Of a stretch of 64,000 bases of DNA, positions 59,596-64,000 are shown one piece after another. The notes beneath the pieces are model-generated. The model worked only from the letters and a program-made list of their open reading frames with translations. It had not been told where the DNA came from and did no database searches. A program made the translations under genes and the position numbers. Position 1 is the first letter of the stretch, and each line of letters starts with the position of its first letter. The stretch comes from Pseudomonadota bacterium (lineage in GTDB: Bacteria > Bdellovibrionota > FAC87 > UBA2466), in contig RFNV01000159.1 in the NCBI GenBank assembly GCA_009927005.1, positions 5,605-69,604 on the forward strand. Direction: 5' to 3'.

Positions 59596-60983
59596 TCAAA
59601 GCAGTCATTTTTGACTTAGATGGCGTTTTAGTCGATGCAGTTACTTTGCATTATCAAGCTTTCAGTCGCGCCATAAACCTTTTTGGCTTTGAAGTGCCCC
59701 CTGCCGTTCATGGTTTTAACTACAATGGTTTACCAACCACGGTAAAACTCGAAATGCTCTCTCAATTTTCAGCGCTTCCCAGAGGCTTGCATTCCTTCAT
59801 CAATGAAATGAAACAAGTTTACACTCAGGAACTCTTAAACCAGCGATTAAAGCCCTCTCTCCTTCAAATTAATTTACTAAAAACACTTCGTGAGCGAGGT
59901 ATGAAATTAGCAGTAGCTTCAAACTGCTCGCGAGGCACCGTCGATCTCGTTTTGGAAAAGCTTCAGATTCGACCCTTTTTTGATGTCATTCTTTCTAAGG
60001 ATGATGTCAGTAAATCTAAGCCCGATCCAGAGATTTATTTAAAATGCTTTAAAACCCTGGGAGTAAATAGCGACGAAGTTTTAATCATAGAAGATTCTAA
60101 ACCTGGGATCATAGCGGCTCAAAAGGCGACATCCAATGTCGCGATCGTTAAGAGTCCTGCTGAGGTTAATCTCTCTTTTATCAACTCTCAAATTGCGAAA
60201 TTTCGAGATCAGAATTGTCTAGATACACGAACCGTTGAGATTGTGATTCCCATGGCAGGATTAGGTTCACGGTTTGCAGATGTTGGGTATGTTGATCCGA
60301 AGCCCCTCATCAAAGTACATGGCAAGCCGATGATTCAGTGGGTAATTGAAAATTTAAGTTCTCAGAACTATCGGACCCATTTTAACTTTATTGTTAATCG
60401 AACCCATTTCGAATCTTTTGATCTAGAAAATCGACTTTCCGAACTTGCACCGGGTTGCCAGATTATTTCGGTGCCCCACAAGACGGAAGGAGCTGCGTGC
60501 ACTGTTCTGTTAGCGCTAGATCGAATCGCCCTCGATAGACCCCTCATTATTGCTAATTCAGATCAGTTCGTAGAGAGCTCCTTCGAGGATTTTCTAAAAT
60601 CAGCTTTGGAATCAGATAGAGATGGCTTGATCATGACCTTTCCCGCGAAAGAGACAAAGTGGAGTTATGCGCGGTTGGATGATAAGGATTTGGTAGTTGA
60701 AGTAGCTGAGAAAAAGCCAATTAGCTCTCACGCAACGGTAGGAATCTACTATTTTAAAACGGCAGAACTTTTCCAAAGAGCTAGTTATTCGATGATTCGC
60801 TCGGACGTTAGAACCAATAATGAGTTTTACGTATGCCCTGTATACAATGACCTTATTCAGGCAGGCGGCAAAGTAGGAATTTTTCCCATTCCGGCAGAAG
60901 CCATGCATGGGCTGGGGACTCCAGAAGATTTGGCTATTTTCCTCGAACGTTCAGTGAAGCGCCCTCTTCCTCTGGCCGCGTAA
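59592..60983 (+). CDS. Bifunctional HAD-IA hydrolase (beta-phosphoglucomutase-like) / sugar-phosphate nucleotidyltransferase fusion
   Basis: N-terminal IKAVIFDLDGVLVDAV plus the KSKPDP HAD motifs. The C-terminal IVIPMAGLGSRF…KPLIKVHGKPMIQW has an NTP-transferase signature. An AAGGAA SD precedes the ATG at 59592. Confidence 0.55.
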   Translation: MIKAVIFDLDGVLVDAVTLHYQAFSRAINLFGFEVPPAVHGFNYNGLPTTVKLEMLSQFSALPRGLHSFINEMKQVYTQELLNQRLKPSLLQINLLKTLRERGMKLAVASNCSRGTVDLVLEKLQIRPFFDVILSKDDVSKSKPDPEIYLKCFKTLGVNSDEVLIIEDSKPGIIAAQKATSNVAIVKSPAEVNLSFINSQIAKFRDQNCLDTRTVEIVIPMAGLGSRFADVGYVDPKPLIKVHGKPMIQWVIENLSSQNYRTHFNFIVNRTHFESFDLENRLSELAPGCQIISVPHKTEGAACTVLLALDRIALDRPLIIANSDQFVESSFEDFLKSALESDRDGLIMTFPAKETKWSYARLDDKDLVVEVAEKKPISSHATVGIYYFKTAELFQRASYSMIRSDVRTNNEFYVCPVYNDLIQAGGKVGIFPIPAEAMHGLGTPEDLAIFLERSVKRPLPLAA

Positions 60984-61656
60984 CCAAATTGGCAAGTGCT
61001 TTAGCGATCTGATCTTTATTCAGTAGTTTTTTTACTTGTCCCTTACCAGTAACTAACCAAAGCGGATGGCTTCCCCCTTTAATTTGGGGAAGAAAATTCA
61101 AGCACACTGCATGCAGCTGTTTTCGAATTAATAAATCCTGCGCAAATCGTAAAATCTCATTTCGAGTTCTCGGTTCCCACTCCAACTTAAATCCGATTCT
61201 TTTTATCTTCGGATAGAGCAAGCCCACTTGGTCAATTATCTTGGGAGTTGGGACGAGCTCAATTTTCCAGTTCCTTTTTTGCGAGCTGACCTTCCCTGAA
61301 AATACTTTCCTTGGCTTAAAATCTAAAACAGCAGCTGCAAAAATCGCATAATCTGGCTTGAAAGTACGACAGAGCTTCAAAGTTGCGGCTGCCATTTGTT
61401 CGGCCGTTTCTACTTCTACTAGTTTCTTTAAGGGAAGTTTGGAAAAGGGCTGTTGGGTTGGACCTACAACTGCTAGCACCTCAATGCCGCTTTTAGTCAG
61501 GGCTCGAGACAAATGAAAACCTAAGGCTCCCGTCGAGTAATTGCTCAAATACCTCACTCGATCAAAATAAGCTCGTGTCGGTCCTGCCGTGACCACTACA
61601 TGGATTGGGCGTTTTTTCTTAGATTTTTTTTTCAAAACTTCGCTCTTCCAAGTCAA
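60934..61656 (-). CDS. coaB: Phosphopantothenate--cysteine ligase (CoaB domain, standalone)
   Basis: HVVVTAGPTRAYFD…AAAVLDFKP motifs of the CoaB domain. It is 240 aa with no N-terminal CoaC flavoprotein domain. Its 3' end overlaps the convergent gene by 50 nt. Confidence 0.65.
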   Translation of the reverse strand: MTWKSEVLKKKSKKKRPIHVVVTAGPTRAYFDRVRYLSNYSTGALGFHLSRALTKSGIEVLAVVGPTQQPFSKLPLKKLVEVETAEQMAAATLKLCRTFKPDYAIFAAAVLDFKPRKVFSGKVSSQKRNWKIELVPTPKIIDQVGLLYPKIKRIGFKLEWEPRTRNEILRFAQDLLIRKQLHAVCLNFLPQIKGGSHPLWLVTGKGQVKKLLNKDQIAKALANLVTRPEEEGASLNVRGK

Positions 61657-61827
61657 AAAGTTGAGTCTCCCCGTTGGAGTAAGTAACTAAGCGCATTGCG
61701 TTAGTTTGTTTTCAATCTGACCTGAGAACTAACAAAATGTATTTTAAAAACAAAGTGTTTTAAATTTTCCTGCAAACCATAGCGCATCGCAACACAAAAA
61801 CGCGACGCAACATGTTGTTTTTTTTAC

Positions 61828-61854
61828 TAAACTTATATTCTGGGGCGTCGAAGA
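61828..61854 (+). promoter_or_regulatory. Candidate sigma-28 (FliA)-type promoter for flagellin
   Basis: TAAA-N15-GTCGAAGA against the consensus TAAA-N15-GCCGATAA, about 140 nt upstream of the flagellin ATG. Confidence 0.3.
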
Positions 61855-61996
61855 AGTGTGTGGCAGACGGAAAATTTTTAGAGAATAACTCTCTAGCTGT
61901 CTGCTCACTCTGCAAGGAAGTAGCAGAGCGCTCTTCAAGAATCAAAAGAGCGATTCACACGGAAGGAGGTGCAATTAGGTAAAGGGGGTTACTCCC

Positions 61997-62830
61997 ATGG
62001 GTTTACGAATCAACACCAACGAACTCAGCCTTGCGGCTCAACGCAATTTGGAACAAACCGAAAGGCGAATGCACTCCGTTGTGGAACGCCTCGCCAGTGG
62101 AAGCCGAATCACAAAGGCTTCTGACGATCCAGCCGGTCTATCAATTTCTGACGCTTTAAATGCTCAAGTACGAAGCTTAGGCCAAGCCATTAGAAATGCC
62201 CAAGATGGTATTTCACTGGTCCAAGTTTACGAAGGGGGCACCAACGAAATCAATAATATGTTGGTCCGCATGAGAGAACTAGCGATGCAATCGGCCACTG
62301 ATACAGTGGGCGATCGAGAACGCTCCATGATCGATAACGAAGTTCAACAGCTAAAGATGGAAATTGATCGCGTAGCGAAGTCCACAAAGTACGCAAGTCG
62401 AGAACTTCTAGCTGGAGAACAAGTCCGACTTGATTTCCAAGTGGGCATCAACAATGAAGATAATGTAGACAGAATCACGTTTGATCCAGGAAACACAAAT
62501 CTGACGGCCTCTGGGATTGATGTCGATGGAATCTCGGTTACTGACAAAGATGGAGCTCAAGGTGCTCTTTCAACGGTAGACGAAGCTTTGGTTAAGGTGA
62601 ATGACATTCGTTCGCGAATTGGTGCGATTCAGGGGCGTTTAAATTCGACTCAGATCGCGCAGAGCATCTTCCAAGAAAATCTATCAGCTGCACGATCTCG
62701 AATTCGCGATGCTGATATCGCTCAAGAGAGCGCAAACTTGGCGAGAGAATCTATTTTGAGACAAGCTGGTGTGTCGGTTTTGACTCAAGCAAACCAAACA
62801 CCCTACTTAGCACTCAATTTGCTGAAGTAA
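61997..62830 (+). CDS. fliC: Flagellin
   Basis: N-terminal MGLRINTNELSLAAQRNLEQ and a C-terminal LSVLTQANQTPYLALNLLK D0 domain. It is a short (277 aa) flagellin with a GGGGG SD. Confidence 0.85.
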   Translation: MGLRINTNELSLAAQRNLEQTERRMHSVVERLASGSRITKASDDPAGLSISDALNAQVRSLGQAIRNAQDGISLVQVYEGGTNEINNMLVRMRELAMQSATDTVGDRERSMIDNEVQQLKMEIDRVAKSTKYASRELLAGEQVRLDFQVGINNEDNVDRITFDPGNTNLTASGIDVDGISVTDKDGAQGALSTVDEALVKVNDIRSRIGAIQGRLNSTQIAQSIFQENLSAARSRIRDADIAQESANLARESILRQAGVSVLTQANQTPYLALNLLK

Positions 62831-62933
62831 CAAAGGGACTAAGACCGGGCTTCTGAGGGAAGAGCTGACACAGTTGGGCGTATACTTTAACTGAACCGTG
62901 GTAAAATAAATTTTTATCCCCTCTCGGCCACTT

Positions 62934-63836
62934 ATGACAATCGAACAACTTCCGCAACTTTCTCAATCTGGTGTTTATCTTCTGTCGCGAGACAAAAAAG
63001 TTTCTGTTTCGCTTGAAGACTTTCTTGTAATCACCCTTCACTCTCCATCCAGTACTTCGACAGCGCTCATCTTACAGAGTACAGCTGAACACAGAGCAGA
63101 TTTTCTGAATCAATTAGACAAGATCTACGAAAAATATTCCTCTTTATCGGATGTCGATTCCAATCTCATTCAAAGCAAGGTTTTTGGGGCGGGCAACAGA
63201 TTTTCGATCCTCTTAACTACACTAAAAAGCTGGTTAAAGAGAAATCATATCCCTGTAGTTGCAAGTGATTTGGGGCGGGCCTTACCGGGTGAACTCGTTT
63301 TAGAAGGGGCCTCGGGACGAATCGGAATTCAATACCGTAAAAATGATTTGGAACAATGGGGATCTCTTCTATCGACGGGAACTGCGCGAGACCGTTCCTC
63401 TTCTAGCGCCTCTCTACACCAGGTTCTGGTTTTATCTAAGAATCCAGTGGTTAGGACTTTGGCTCAGCAATCTATCGAGGAGGAGTCTCAATGGTCTGCC
63501 TCTTGTCCGGAATCCTTGGGGGATTCAACCTTTTCAAATTTGACTAAAACCAAATGGGCAGCAGTGGTCATTTCAGATGAGCTAAAAACAGAAAATAAGA
63601 TGATGAACTCTTTGGTGAAATACTCCGAAGCGAATCCGAACGTCCCCATAGCCTGGATCGGAGGAGAACTCCCTTCCTGGAAAAACGAAATCAGTCGACT
63701 TCGCCTTCTTCCCCCGATGGAACCTTTCTTAATCCCTCACTTCAAAAGGATCCTCAAGCAAAGTATTCTCGACTCGTCTCTGTCGGAAACTTCTGAGACT
63801 TTTACCTTTTCTAAGCGGAAAAAAGCTGGCTCCTAA
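62934..63836 (+). CDS. CheD-like domain protein (probably non-catalytic) with a C-terminal extension of about 150 aa
   Basis: SKVFGAGNRF…IPVVASDLGR…ELVLEGASGRIGIQYR aligns with CheD AKLAGGANMF…IRVLASDVGG…LLFDTDSGRLFVR. The position of the CheD catalytic Cys reads LHSPSS. Confidence 0.4.
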   Translation: MTIEQLPQLSQSGVYLLSRDKKVSVSLEDFLVITLHSPSSTSTALILQSTAEHRADFLNQLDKIYEKYSSLSDVDSNLIQSKVFGAGNRFSILLTTLKSWLKRNHIPVVASDLGRALPGELVLEGASGRIGIQYRKNDLEQWGSLLSTGTARDRSSSSASLHQVLVLSKNPVVRTLAQQSIEEESQWSASCPESLGDSTFSNLTKTKWAAVVISDELKTENKMMNSLVKYSEANPNVPIAWIGGELPSWKNEISRLRLLPPMEPFLIPHFKRILKQSILDSSLSETSETFTFSKRKKAGS

Positions 63837-64000
63837 GCTGATTGATCCAAAGCTTTCTTTTCATTGGATTCTCGTAAAGTAATCGTCACCGTTTCTAATC
63901 TTTTATTTCTATAAAACTGAACCCGAACTGAATCTCCCACTTTTTTCTCACTTAAAAAGTCACGAATATCTCTAAGAGAGCCCACCCCGACATCATCCAG
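63833..64000 (-). CDS. C-terminal PDZ-domain fragment of a protein whose N-terminus lies beyond the window (HtrA/DegP-like or other PDZ protein)
   Basis: Reverse-frame translation …GDSVRVQFYRNKRLETVTITLRESNEKKALDQSA* is a PDZ C-terminal strand pattern. It overlaps the upstream convergent gene by 4 nt. Confidence 0.35.
   Translation of the reverse strand: MDDVGVGSLRDIRDFLSEKKVGDSVRVQFYRNKRLETVTITLRESNEKKALDQSA

Noticed and set aside
1-64000. Search for CRISPR arrays, tRNA/rRNA genes, integrases, transposases, inverted-repeat-bounded elements or prophage blocks
   Set aside because: There are no regularly spaced direct repeats and no tRNA-like cloverleaf candidates in the larger intergenic regions. 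There are no recombinase- or phage-like ORFs either. The window appears to be chromosomal backbone plus small accessory patches.

Overview
The window is a gene-dense chromosomal stretch of about 45% GC, probably from a Gram-negative bacterium. The many secreted proteases, lipoproteins, PilZ, flagellin, Tat and caa3-type oxidase genes suggest a Bdellovibrio-like predatory lineage (low-confidence guess from gene content). No rRNA, tRNA, CRISPR array, integrase or transposase was seen.

Housekeeping content:
- The window opens with asnB (3' part) and glmS.
- A dTDP-sugar (rml/rfb-like) block follows: rmlB, a short-form rmlA and rmlD. It also carries an LhgO-like FAD oxidase, a GmhB-like HAD phosphatase and a sulfatase-family membrane transferase, but no rmlC.
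- Next come trxB, an M3 oligopeptidase, hisS-aspS, and a DivIVA/YggS/Maf cell-division block.
- A CarD/CdnL regulator is followed by ispD-ispF-cysS, lepB-lepA and a PIN-PhoH (YlaK-like) gene.
- The conserved rseP-dxr-cdsA-uppS-frr-pyrH-tsf-rpsB run follows on the minus strand.
- Then a tatB-like/tatA pair, uvrC, ppa, and hmgA coupled to a secreted S1 protease.
- A coxB-ctaD-ctaE-subunit IV cytochrome c oxidase operon comes next.
- Near the end are a standalone coaB, a flagellin gene and a CheD-like gene.

Accessory-looking content:
- A secreted-protein / GT4 / M4-metalloprotease cluster lies at 15.5-20.1 kb.
- Two Cys-rich lipoproteins, an orphan minimal nucleotidyltransferase, and a three-gene operon pairing a PilZ receptor with an outer-membrane barrel lie at 23.4-27.4 kb.

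Most interesting is a tandemly duplicated, translationally coupled two-gene module at 54.4-58.8 kb. A cytoplasmic TPR-like regulator with a C-terminal OmpR/PhoB-type winged helix (inverted relative to SARP/CadC architecture) is paired with a Cys-containing secreted protein, twice in a row. I regard it as a candidate undescribed regulatory or signalling cassette.
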